From Octopus bimaculoides (lineage: Eukaryota), in the NCBI RefSeq assembly GCF_001194135.2, contig NC_068982.1, positions 134,980,612-135,014,460 of the forward strand: DNA of 33,849 nt, written 5' to 3'. A program made the translations under genes and the position numbers. Positions 21,541-32,004 of the stretch are shown here, piece by piece. A model generated the notes under the pieces. The model did not search any database. It saw only the letters and a program-made list of their open reading frames with translations, and was not told the DNA's origin. Within the stretch, counting starts at the first letter, position 1; each line of letters starts with the position of its first letter.

Positions 21541-22314
21541 ATTCCATTATGTAGCGAATATAAACTCTGAGTCGACATTACTTTCCATATTTTATCAAGA
21601 AAATCAAAAAATTTTTAATGGTGCTGTCGATAGGACCTGTCTCCTGCATAGCTATTGACATTGCGTCTATGTAAGAAAAATGGTGATTACGAGGAACTAT
21701 ATGCAGTGAATAGGCAGAAGATATAATTGAACAAACTGAATGTGCTATGCACAGACTCATACACACATACTAATAGGCACACACGTGCGTGCACGCGCGC
21801 ACACACACACTGATGCACATGTAAAACATGTGGCCACTATATTTGCAAACACGTTACATACACCGAGTACACCAACATTATATCTGTGCTCTTTCGCTTA
21901 CACAAACACAAATGCACGCGCGCACTGAAACACACACACACAGGCACACACACACACACATCCACACATCCACACGCATAGTGTGTGTGGGCAGTATCTG
22001 TTTCGACTTTGCCTCTATTCCCTACGGTGTCAATTAGATTGTATAACAGTTATACACACTTAATTAGGTCTATTGCAATTTTTTTTTGGCATATTTCACT
22101 TCAACAGATATTAACCTTCTTACTAAGGAAATACATTTAATGGTCTTCATGATGGTGATGACAATAAAGGGATGGAGGCGGAGAATATCTAACAATTGAA
22201 GAAAGAAGGGGCCGCGGTGGTGAAAATGTTGACTAACTTATGAAAAAAGATATATATAATATAGTTTCACATTGGTACATATATATTTGTGGGTTTATAT
22301 ATAATATATATGTA

Positions 22315-22349
<35 letters not shown>

Positions 22350-22355
<6 letters not shown>

Positions 22356-22560
22356 AGAATTCATAAAAAAGAAAAGAAAAGATGAAGACAATAAACAGAT
22401 GTATTAGTATAACGCTCGGGAATTAAAAACGTCTTTAACGTTTCGAGCCTACGTTCTTCCACGGAAAGGAACACAGAAAGAAACAAGGAAACAAAAAGAA
22501 GAATGTGTACTGGCTAGTGATCTATCATGGCGAATGCCGGACAGAAGGGTCACACAGGAG
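22350..22560 (-). mobile_element. Probable Penelope-like-derived repeat remnant with a decayed hammerhead motif (22433-22468)
   Basis: The minus strand reads CUUU-CCGUGGA-A-GAAC-GUAG-GCUC-GAAA-CG-UU-AAAG, in a repeat following an (AT)n tract. Confidence 0.4.
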
Positions 22561-22974
22561 AGCTAGGAAGAAGGGGAGATAATAAAGCGGTGGTGATCCC
22601 AAAACGAAGGTGCGCGTGCGTGTGTATAAGAGAGTTCGTATGTGCGTGTGGAAGAGGGCTGGTGATCTTGACGTGTGTGTATGTGTAGGTGTGAAAACGT
22701 GGGGCTGGGAATTGGTCAGTGCTGGTGTGTGCGTGATGTATGTAAATACATATATATACACACACGCACATATATCTGTATGTATGTGTATGTGTATATA
22801 TGTATGTATGTATGGGTGGATGGATATAAACATAGACAGTTATATACATTTATGTGGGTATAAAATCGACAGTAAAGGATTAAATCAACCCCAGTGATCA
22901 GCTGGTATTTATTTTAAATATTTAAAACAACCACGAACAAAGCAACAAAAAATGATAAAAATTTGTAATCAAAG

Positions 22975-23165
22975 AATGAGGCCATGAATTTTGAGAAGTG
23001 GTTAGTCGACAATATTTGACTGGTCCTTTATTTTATCGACCACGAAAGGATAAAAGGTAAAACTGACCCCGGCGGGATTTGAACTTAGAATACAAAAAGA
23101 ACCGGGAAGAATGTTGCTAAGCATTTTGTCCGGTGCTGTAACGTATCTATTAATTCGTTGCCTTA
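22975..23165 (-). mobile_element. SINE family A, diverged (plus a partial body at ~22865-22915)
   Basis: tttatcgaccacgaaagga...cggcgggatttgaacttagaa...gctaagcattttgtccgg. Confidence 0.72.
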
Positions 23166-23191
23166 ATAATGATAATAATAGGAAGAAGACC

Positions 23192-23192
<1 letters not shown>

Positions 23193-23248
<56 letters not shown>

Positions 23249-23258
23249 TATTATTATT
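23193..23258. repeat. (ATT)n tract, 3' flank or tail of a Dong-like LINE
   Basis: Directly visible. Confidence 0.92.
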
Positions 23259-23567
23259 GTTCAGTAGTTTTATTTTTATAACATGATTTCACTTCACTAC
23301 CGAGCGCAGCTCTGTGTGCCTTGGGTATGTGCTGTGGTTTGCTGTGATGCTCTTATTTTTACTGTATTAAAAGTGTTTTGCGTAGGACGTGTGCAGTGCC
23401 CAGTAGTGCAATTTTCTGTATGTTATATATATATTTGTAAGTCCTGGTGTTTTTGTTATGTATTTGTCTGAATATTTTTTTATTATACCTAAGGCACCTA
23501 CTATGATAGGAATTGTTTCTGTTTTTAGATTCCACATTCGAGTTACCTCTATTTCCAGGCCTTTGTA
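23259..23567 (-). mobile_element. 5'-truncated R4/Dong-clade-like LINE 3' end (one frameshift)
   Basis: Encodes YKGLEIEVTRMWNLKTETIPIIVGALGIIKK...(+2 nt slip in an AT run)...QKIALLGTAHVLRKTL, the C-terminus typical of restriction-like-endonuclease LINEs of the R4/Dong/Rex6 type. Nearly identical inverted copy at 26963. Confidence 0.8.
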
Positions 23568-23660
23568 TTATTATTATTATTATTATTATCATCATCATCA
23601 TCATCATGATGATCATCATCATCATCATCATAATCATCACTATTATTATTATTATTATTG
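23568..23660. repeat. Compound (ATT)n/(ATC)n microsatellite
   Basis: Directly visible. Confidence 0.92.
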
Positions 23661-24045
23661 TTATCAACGCGAAGATGATGATAATAATGATTATTGCAAT
23701 GATGATGATTCGCTTAAGATAGGAAAAGAAGAGATAATCTCAATCAAATATGTCTTCTTCGTTAAATATTTTGCTGCAATTCAAGCTATTTTAATTGTGA
23801 TAATGAATGATAATTATTACTAATAAATAGTTAGAAACGGATAACAAAATGGTTCTGGGAAAAAGGATTGTTGTAGTACTCTAGAGTAGAATCACTTATA
23901 TCACTTGGAATAAAACGAATCGAAACTAATCGATTATATTATCGTTTCAGATGATTGGTTGTCAGGATTTTAAAAAAAACTGCAATTGTTTTTCAAAATT
24001 ATTTGAAATATTTTAAAATTATTACTGTTGTATTTCGGGATAGTA

Positions 24046-24393
24046 TTTTTTTTTTGACCAAATAAACACACACACTATATATTCGTTTTTCATTCGTTTA
24101 TTACTGTTTTTATTTTAACTCCTGTCCATTATCCGGAAATCTTTCGTCACACACCTGTGACCTCTTCAGCGACACTTTCCGCCTTCATGTATTCTCTTGC
24201 CTGCTCTGCTTAGTCCATTCTGCTCTTCTATGATCATGCAAGAACAGAATGGACTAAGGGGAGCAGGAGTACAAGAGGTCAAAGGTGTGTGACGAAAGAT
24301 TTCCGGATAATGGGTGTGAGTTATAAGAACAGTAATAAACGAATGAAAAACGAATATATAGTGTGTGTGTTTATTTGGTCAAAAAAAAAAAAA
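24046..24393. repeat. ~345-bp imperfect palindrome (fold-back element)
   Basis: Outer arms 24046-24166 and 24273-24390; inner arms 24209-24227 and 24240-24258 (18/19); 12-nt central loop. Confidence 0.92.
24133..24172 (-). ncRNA. Minimal type-I hammerhead ribozyme motif with intact core
   Basis: UCG-CUGAAGA-G-GUCACA-GGUG-UGUGAC-GAAA-GAUU-UC-CGG; predicted cleavage 3' of C24136. Stem I is only 3 bp. Confidence 0.62.
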
Positions 24394-24649
24394 GAAGGAT
24401 TATCCTGGACTACAACAATATCTGTTTCAACACGCGGTTTCACATTTGCAACGCAAATTTGAAATTGTCATTATTATTATTATTATCATTATTATTATTG
24501 TTGTTGTTGTTGTTGTTGGTGTTGTTATTTTGTGATGAAAACTCTCTGTTTATTTTGCTGGGTATGATGGAAAGTGTCAGCTGTTCACAGCCAGTAGACT
24601 AAGGTGACACTTGTTTACTGGTCATGCTTCAAGAACTCTGTGAAGAATT

Positions 24650-25030
24650 ATTATTTTCTCTCTATCACTGGTTTTGTTGGAGCTCCTGGAGTTTTGCATG
24701 CATAGCAGGCTTACTACCTGCAGCCATGCTATCCGTTCTTTTCAGCTATCTAATGCTTTCCTGATTATTCTGGCCGTGCCAAGGAGGCAAATCTTTTGTA
24801 ATAGTTCTATTGGGCACTCTATTCCAATTTCCTTTATATTCCTCCTGATGCCTTCTGATACTGTTCCCAAGGACCCAACATTAATTGGCACTATCTTCGC
24901 CTTCTTCATTTTCCCTAGCTGGGCAATTTCGTACTTAAGAGGGTTGTATCTATCTATATTTTCGTCTTCCTTCTTAACTATTCGTGGATCTAAGGGGCAT
25001 GCAACGTGAACGTTCGGTCTAGTTTGTTCC
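24650..25030 (-). mobile_element. Second R4/Dong-like LINE family, 5'-truncated decayed 3' end
   Basis: ORF 24742-25077 includes VACPLDPRIVKKEDENIDRYNPLKYEIAQLGKMKKAKIVPINVGSLGTV...LLQKICLLGTARIIRKAL* (RLE domain end and C-terminal motif), then a short 3' UTR and an aat tail at ~24647. Confidence 0.78.
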
Positions 25031-25244
25031 AGTAGATTCTGTGAGCGCGGACAGCAGCCTGCTGTCAGAGGTCTCATAGGTTCTCTTTCCTCATATTATA
25101 AACTTTGATTCTTTCTTTGGTAATTATCGTGGAAAATATTCAACACCCAAGTACCAATCTCAAAATCCTAGCTGTCCCCAGCAGAGCAAGCTTTTGGGTT
25201 TGCTCTGCTCTCATATTAATTCCGATTTCATAGATATATTTCTC

Positions 25245-25246
<2 letters not shown>

Positions 25247-25311
<65 letters not shown>

Positions 25312-25548
25312 GAGTGAGAGAGCAGTGCATGCCATCAAATTGACACTGGGACAAAATATACGAAGCCCAATATACTCATCATGACTACCCGTCTGATAAG
25401 GGTACACCAGGCACATGCATCACAACCATATGTGCACGACATGGTGATCTCGTATCAAGATAAACAGCGCATGACCTTGCAGGTAGTAGGGTCCTCTTAG
25501 AATTTTCTTCAGGTCGAGTAGCCCATTCTGCTCTAAAGCTCTTCTTCT
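25247..25548 (-). mobile_element. Putative retroposon 3' fragment (25312-25548) with an (AAT)n tail (25247-25311)
   Basis: Complex sequence ending, on the minus strand, directly in a long AAT tract and cut by an N gap. Single copy in the window; family not assigned. Confidence 0.4.
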
Positions 25549-25558
25549 NNNNNNNNNN

Positions 25559-25636
<78 letters not shown>
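25559..25636. repeat. (ACT)n microsatellite
   Basis: Directly visible. Confidence 0.95.
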
Positions 25637-25637
<1 letters not shown>

Positions 25638-25885
25638 TTATGGTGGTGAGCTGGCAAAACTGTTAAGGCGCTGGGACAAATTGTTTCGCAGTATTTCTTC
25701 CAACTCATTACGTTCTGAGTTCAAATTTCGTCGAGGTCCACTTCGCATTTTATTCTTTGGAATGGCAGTGGTGGTGGTGGGAGGGGGAGAGCTAAAATAA
25801 AGTATCAGTCGAGCACTTGGGTTAATTTAATCCAATAACTATCAAGCTGATAAGTCCTAACACCTCACCTCCCCACAAAATTATT
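25638..25885 (+). mobile_element. SINE family A, diverged, with small insertions
   Basis: ggtggtgagctggcaaaactgttaag...gttctgagttcaaatttcgtcgaggtc...aaataaagtatcagtcgagcac. Confidence 0.72.
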
Positions 25886-26254
25886 ATTGAAATTGTTTGG
25901 CCAACCCTCTATTAATCAGAAGACGAAATAGAGTTTGCATCCATATAATTCTTATTTTCTTACCATGGTGTTGGGCATGTTTGAAGTTTAAACATATCTT
26001 AATTTTGCTAATCATAGCAATCATCCGTCTTCTTTCTCGCGTTTCACAATTCCCTACCTCTGATTTTGGAAGCGTGCTGATTTAATCAACTCAACTCTAC
26101 CAGACACTGACCTAGAATGGCCATAATTCGTTGACTGAAACTAGTAAAATAGGGGAAAGTGGTTATGTTATGGAGCTTGCATTGAATCCAAGAATCTTTA
26201 TTTCCTGCACTGTTCCATTGTATCTACTTTCTATACCATCAACAAGATTTTGAT

Positions 26255-26725
26255 GCCATTTCTCGATTATCCCTGCTCTTTTGAAGACAGTTCAAAAGTT
26301 AAATGTTAATTGAATCATAGTTCGCTATCCCAAAGAAATGCTTAGAGAGTAACTCGGGGACAAAAGGGTTAGAGAGAAATAAAGAGAAAATGGCTGAAGT
26401 CACAAATGATTGTCATTGAAAACTGACTGCTTGTAATTGCTTTGTTAGTCTGAATTTTTCGGTTCTAAAATCTAGCATTTCCAAATTGTACAAGACTTAG
26501 GTGTTATTTTTTCGATGATTTCTGCTGCTAGAAAGACAGACAAAAGTTAGATGACAATTAAATAACAGTTCAGTATACCAAAGAAATGCTTAGAGATTCA
26601 CCCAGCGACAAAAGGATTTAGAGAAAATAAAGAAAAAGAATAAAAGCAGAAATGATAAAAGATCGTCAGTGAAATCTTAGTAATTGCTTTGATAGTCTTA
26701 AATTTCCGGTTTAAAAGAGCTAACG
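26255..26725. repeat. Old degenerate tandem duplication, period ~248 bp
   Basis: aaagaaatgcttagag at 26332 and 26580; gtaattgctttg.tagtct at 26433 and 26680; agacag..aaaagtta.atg also repeats. Confidence 0.75.
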
Positions 26726-26902
26726 TTTTCTCATCCGGCCGGGAAATGTTTTGTTTCATAATGAATCCCATCAACAGCAGCTATTTTCTGTATACCTCCA
26801 AATATACACTGTTGTACATACAACTGGAACACGGAGGCGCATCTCGTGTTGGTACAATAGAAACTTATCTGAAGCTGTTGAAAACACAACAACAACAACA
26901 GC

Positions 26903-26962
<60 letters not shown>

Positions 26963-26965
<3 letters not shown>

Positions 26966-27245
26966 CGAATGTGGAATCTAAAAACAGAAACAATTCCTAT
27001 CATAGTAGGTGCCTTAGGTATAATAAAAAAATATTCAGACAAATACATAACAAAAACACCAGGACTTACAAATATATATAACATACAGAAAATTGCACTA
27101 CTGGGTACTGCACACATTCTACGCAAAACACTTTCAATACAGTAAACATAAGAGCACCACAGCAAACCACAGCACATTCCCAAGGCGCACAGAGCTGCGC
27201 TCGGTAGTGAAGTGAAAGCACGTTATAAAAATAAAACTACTGAAC
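26963..27245 (+). mobile_element. 5'-truncated R4/Dong-clade-like LINE 3' end
   Basis: Open frame 26963-27145: TRMWNLKTETIPIIVGALGIIKKYSDKYITKTPGLTNIYNIQKIALLGTAHILRKTLSIQ*, then a ~100-nt 3' UTR. (AAT)n tracts lie on both sides (26885-26962 and 27246-27325). Confidence 0.82.
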
Positions 27246-27325
27246 AATAATAATAATAATAACAATAATAATAATAATAACAATAATAATAATAATAATA
27301 ACAATAATAATAATAATAATAATAA

Positions 27326-27859
27326 TCCTTTCTACTGTAGGCACAAGGCCTGAAATTTTGGGTGAGGGGATAAGTCGAATACATCGGCCCAATGCGTAAC
27401 TGGTGCTTCTTTAATCGACCCCTAAAGGATGAAAGAAGGCGCAATGGTCCAGTGGTTAGGGAAGCGGACTCGCGGTCGGAGGATCACGGTTTCGATTTCC
27501 AGACCAGGCATTGTGTGTGTTTATTGAGCGAAAACACCTAAAGCACTACGAGGCTCCGGCAGGGGATGGTGGCGAACCCTGCTGTACTCTTTCGCCCCAA
27601 CTTTCTCTCACTCTTTCTTCCTGTTTCTTGAGTAACGCTGCGATGGACTGGCGTCCCGTCCAGCTGGGGGGAACACATATGCCATAGAAACCGGGAAACC
27701 GGGCCCATGAGCCTGGATAGGCTTTAAAAGGGCGAGAAAACGAAAACGAAAGTATGAAAGATAAATTCTGCGGAATTAGAACTCAGAATGTAAAGACGGA
27801 CGAAATGCTGCTAAGCATTTTGCTCGGCATTTTGCTAACGATTCTGTCGGCTCATCGCC

Positions 27860-27861
<2 letters not shown>
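27326..27861 (-). mobile_element. SINE family A (tail 2), interrupted by a family B insertion
   Basis: Tail and body at 27326-27436; head at 27754-27861. Confidence 0.8.
27437..27753 (+). mobile_element. SINE family B variant inserted into SINE A
   Basis: Head aggcgcaatggtccagtggttagg...ggtttcgatttcc; 3' half shared with the copy at 1432; (GAAAAC)n tail. ATGAAAGA at 27429-27436 and 27754-27761 is a candidate TSD. Confidence 0.82.
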
Positions 27862-27902
<41 letters not shown>

Positions 27903-28220
27903 CAACAATGATAATTGTGTGAATTTTTAGCACAATGCCAACAATTTGGTCACGTAACGATGGAAATTTGGTCAGCATTCACAGGAATCCAGTAGAAACA
28001 TTGTTTCTTTGCTTCGACCACCACCGTTTGACTTGTAATTACTTGTGTAAATAATACAATATAAAATTTGAAAGAAATATTTTTATTCACAAAACAATTT
28101 TGTTTTAGAAATTATAACAGTAAAAACTGAATGAAAGAATACGCATGTGTGTGTGCTTGTACGTGTGTGTGTGTGTTTCGTGCGTCTGTGTGTGTGTGTG
28201 TGTGTGTNNNNNNNNNNTGC

Positions 28221-28254
<34 letters not shown>

Positions 28255-28569
28255 CTGACAACTGGGTTACGTCGTGCCTAATATAACCGACCATCATAGA
28301 AGCCTGAACTTGTTAGTTGTAAATACCCGACAGAAAAATTCTGAGATGTTTAGTAACGAAAATGTATTCACCTAAGCTTATGTTTGAAATTGTACAGTTG
28401 TTTATGATTGTTAATAACATGAACGTGTGATTTTATGCATTCATTTGCTGTAACATAGCTTCTTTCAAAAAAGATATATCTGTGCATGGGTATATATGGT
28501 TTTAAAATTGCTAAATGTATCTGCACCTTTTCACGCACGAACAAATTTTCTTTTGAATGTATTCGTATG

Positions 28570-28975
28570 TAGGCGCAGGCGCGGCCGTGTGGTAAGAAGT
28601 TTGCTTCTCAACCACATAGTTCCGGGTTCAGTCCCACTGTATGGGACCTTGATCATGTGTCTTCTACAATCGCCGTGTATCCTCGGCCAACCAAAGCCTT
28701 GTGAGGAGATTTGGTAGATGGAAACTAAAAGAAGCGTGTGTGTACTCTGTGTGTATGTGTGTGAGTGAACGCGTCGTTGTGTTTGTGTTTTCACCTACCA
28801 ACGCCTGACAGCCGGTGTTGGTGCATGTGACACTAGCGGTTCGGCAAAAGAGGCTGCTAGAATAAGTACCAGGCTTTAAAAAGTAAGCACTAGAGTTGAG
28901 CCGTTCGACTAAAATTCAAGTCGGTGCTCCAGCATGGCCACAGTCCAATGACTGAAATAAGTAAAAGCTAAAAGT
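28570..28975 (+). mobile_element. SINE family C, apparently full length
   Basis: Head aggcgcaggcgcggccgtgtggtaagaagtttgctt...ccgggttcagtcccactg, a GT-rich spacer, then a 3' part ending cagcatggccacagtccaatgactgaaataagtaaaag. Confidence 0.8.
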
Positions 28976-29195
28976 TGCATGTCAACATATATGGCCCAAT
29001 GATTATGAAGTTCGCTTTGCAACATCGAGAGCCCGGGTTCTACCTCAGAGCGTGATTGATATCTTGGGCATGAATTGAGCCATAAATTATGAGTGAAACT
29101 GGGTTTGCGGAAAGTGTATAGAATCCCGTCGCATTGTTCTGTAAGATATAATATACGATAATATATGATACAAAATATAATGTAATATAATATAT

Positions 29196-29626
29196 CTTTT
29201 CTACTCTAGGTATAAAGCCAGAAATTTGAGAGAGGGGGGGCCAGTCGATTAGATCAACCCCAGTACGCAACTGGTACTTAATTTATCGACTCCTAAAGGA
29301 TGAAAGAGAAAATCAACCTCGGCGGAATTTGAACTCAGAACGTAGACAGACGAAATACCGCTAAGCATTTCGTCCGGCGTGCTAACGTTTCTTATTTCTT
29401 TACTGCCAACAAAGCGCTAAACATAGAGGGAACAAACAAGGAAAGGACAAAGGGATTAAGTTGATTACATCGACCTCAGTGAGTAACTGGTACTTATTTA
29501 ATCGACCCCGAAAGGATGAAAGGCAAAGTCAACCTCGGCGGAATTTGAACTCAGAACATAAAGAAGGATGAAATACCGCTAAGCATTTCGCCCGGCGTGC
29601 TAACGTTTCTGCCAGCTCGCCGTCTT
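29196..29626 (-). mobile_element. SINE family A head-to-tail dimer (full tail-1 unit 29392-29626, then 5'-clipped tail-2 unit 29196-29391)
   Basis: Two consecutive family A bodies in the same orientation, embedded in an ATATGATA-type simple repeat. Confidence 0.88.
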
Positions 29627-29719
29627 TATAGAATATAGTATGATATAAGATAATATATGATATAGACTATAATATAAGATATGATAATATATGATACAGA
29701 ATATAATCTGTAATTCAAA

Positions 29720-29875
29720 AGCTCCTAGTCTTGTCACACACTGGGTCCGCTGATTCTACCTGAGAATTACGTTAAAGTTATGTGTCAGTGAAATACTTAA
29801 CGACATATGTGTTAATTCAGGAGCAGGTAGTTCAGTTGATTAAACAACTTAATCATCGTCGAAACCTTTGAACAA
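29720..29875 (+). mobile_element. Degraded 3' fragment of SINE family D
   Basis: gttaattcaggagcaggtagttcagttgatt...atcgtcgaaac resembles the reverse complement of 6915-6990. A shorter match lies at ~14030-14090. Confidence 0.5.
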
Positions 29876-30419
29876 CCCTCCCTTTATATATGGATGTACA
29901 TGTGCGGTGTGCATGTACATGTGACTTCATCGTTTGTTTTATGCTTAATTTTTATAGAGCTTAAAATAGGAGAAAAAAATCCTTTGTTAATGAGAATCAC
30001 AAGACATTAAAGAAACTTGAACGCCATTAAACAGCGCAGTGTTATGGCTAATAGCCACAGTACGACCAATGACAGTCAAAAGATTTTCTCAAACTAATCT
30101 AGCGGAAACGAGAAAACTATATTCCACAGTTTCATCTCAGCGTCCTGCATTAGACATGGAATTTATGTGTGACTAGATTCAAGGCGACATCAGAATGATC
30201 TTTTAATAGGTTATTATCATTGAAATCAGAGTTAATATCCGCAAAATGAGAGTTCGTTATCATCATCATCGTCATCATCATCATCATTAGTGCGCTTATT
30301 GGTTAGTGTGTTAGTGTGTGTCTGTATGCGCGTTTTATGGTTTATTATTACAGAAAGCTAATAAGTAAAACTCTCTGACAGCCTATCAACCATGATGAAA
30401 TATCTTACGTAGATATCGA

Positions 30420-30550
30420 TGTATACGTGCATTCATATGTATGTATGTGTGTGTGTGTATATATATATATGTATGTGTGTGTGTGTGTGTGTATATATGT
30501 ATATATATATGTATATATGTGTATATATATATATGTATATACATATATGC

Positions 30551-30581
<31 letters not shown>

Positions 30582-31512
30582 TGTGTATGTATATATGTAT
30601 AGGTATGTATGTATATGTATATATAAATGTATATATATATATATGTATATATATATGTGTATATATATATATGCGCATATATATATATATATATATGTAT
30701 ATATTTATATGTATATGTATATANNNNNNNNNNNNNNNNNNNNNNNNNNNNNNNNNNNNNNNNNNNNNNNNNNNNNNNNNNNNNNNNNNNNNNNNNNNNN
30801 NNNNNNNNNNNNNNNNNNNNNNNNNNNNNNNNNNNNNNNNNNNNNNNNNNNNNNNNNNNNNNNNNNNNNNNNNNNNNNNNNNNNNNNNNNNNNNNNNNNN
30901 NNNNNNNNNNNNNNNNNNNNNNNNNNNNNNNNNNNNNNNNNNNNNNNNNNNNNNNNNNNNNNNNNNNNNNNNNNNNNNNNNNNNNNNNNNNNNNNNNNNN
31001 NNNNNNNNNNNNNNNNNNNNNNNNNNNNNNNNNNNNNNNNNNNNNNNNNNNNNNNNNNNNNNNNNNNNNNNNNNNNNNNNNNNNNNNNNNNNNNNNNNNN
31101 NNNNNNNNNNNNNNNNNNNNNNNNNNNNNNNNNNNNNNNNNNNNNNNNNNNNNNNNNNNNNNNNNNNNNNNNNNNNNNNNNNNNNNNNNNNNNNNNNNNN
31201 NNNNNNNNNNNNNNNNNNNNNNNNNNNNNNNNNNNNNNNNNNNNNNNNNNNNNNNNNNNNNNNNNNNNNNNNNNNNNNNNNNNNNNNNNNNNNNNNNNNN
31301 NNNNNNNNNNNNNNNNNNNNNNNNNNNNNNNNNNNNNNNNNNNNNNNNNNNNNNNNNNNNNNNNNNNNNNNNNNNNNNNNNNNNNNNNNNNNNNNNNNNN
31401 NNNNNNNNNNNNNNNNNNNNNNNNNNNNNNNNNNNNNNNNNNNNNNNNNNNNNNNNNNNNNNNNNNNNNNNNNNNNNNNNNNNNNNNATATATATATATA
31501 TATATATATATA
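30420..31512. repeat. Long (AT)/(GT) compound microsatellite spanning an N gap
   Basis: Directly visible; gap at 30724-31487. Confidence 0.9.
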
Positions 31513-31804
31513 CTGCATTTTTCATCTCAGCTTATATTTCATTTCTTTACTTTCTATTGTCTGTATTCCATCTCTGTTTTTTCTGTACATAATGTATTAG
31601 TATTAGATTTTATGCTATTAGCTATTAGAATAGACTTTTTGACCAAAACCACACACTCGAGCGCGCGCGCGTCTCTCCGCGCGTACATGACACACATTAG
31701 CGACATCAGGTCTTTGAAAAAAATCGAGGCAATCATACAGGATTTCTTCTCTTGAAGAGAAAGTTATTTTAACTAACTGCTTGTGCTTGCTGCTTGCTCA
31801 TTCT

Positions 31805-31950
31805 TGCACGTGGTAAAAAGTTTGCTTCTCAGATACATGGTTCCGGGTTCAGTCCCACCGCGTAGCTCCTTGGCCATGTGTCTTTTACTTTTAGCTCCGA
31901 GTTGACCAGAGCCTTGAAGGACAAAAACTGCAAAAAGCCCATCACATACA
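31805..31950 (+). mobile_element. SINE family C fragment
   Basis: gtggtaaaaagtttgcttctc...ggttccgggttcagtcccaccgcgtagctccttggccatgtgtctt...gaccagagccttg. Confidence 0.75.
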
Positions 31951-32004
31951 TTATACATACATACATATGTGTGTAATATGTGAGTGTATATTATACTATA
32001 TTAT

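Noticed and set aside
26790-26885. LLYIQLEHGGASRVG peptide, faintly like the LINE motif RLYxxRxxGGRGL
   Set aside because: Similarity is too weak and it overlaps no other LINE-like frame.
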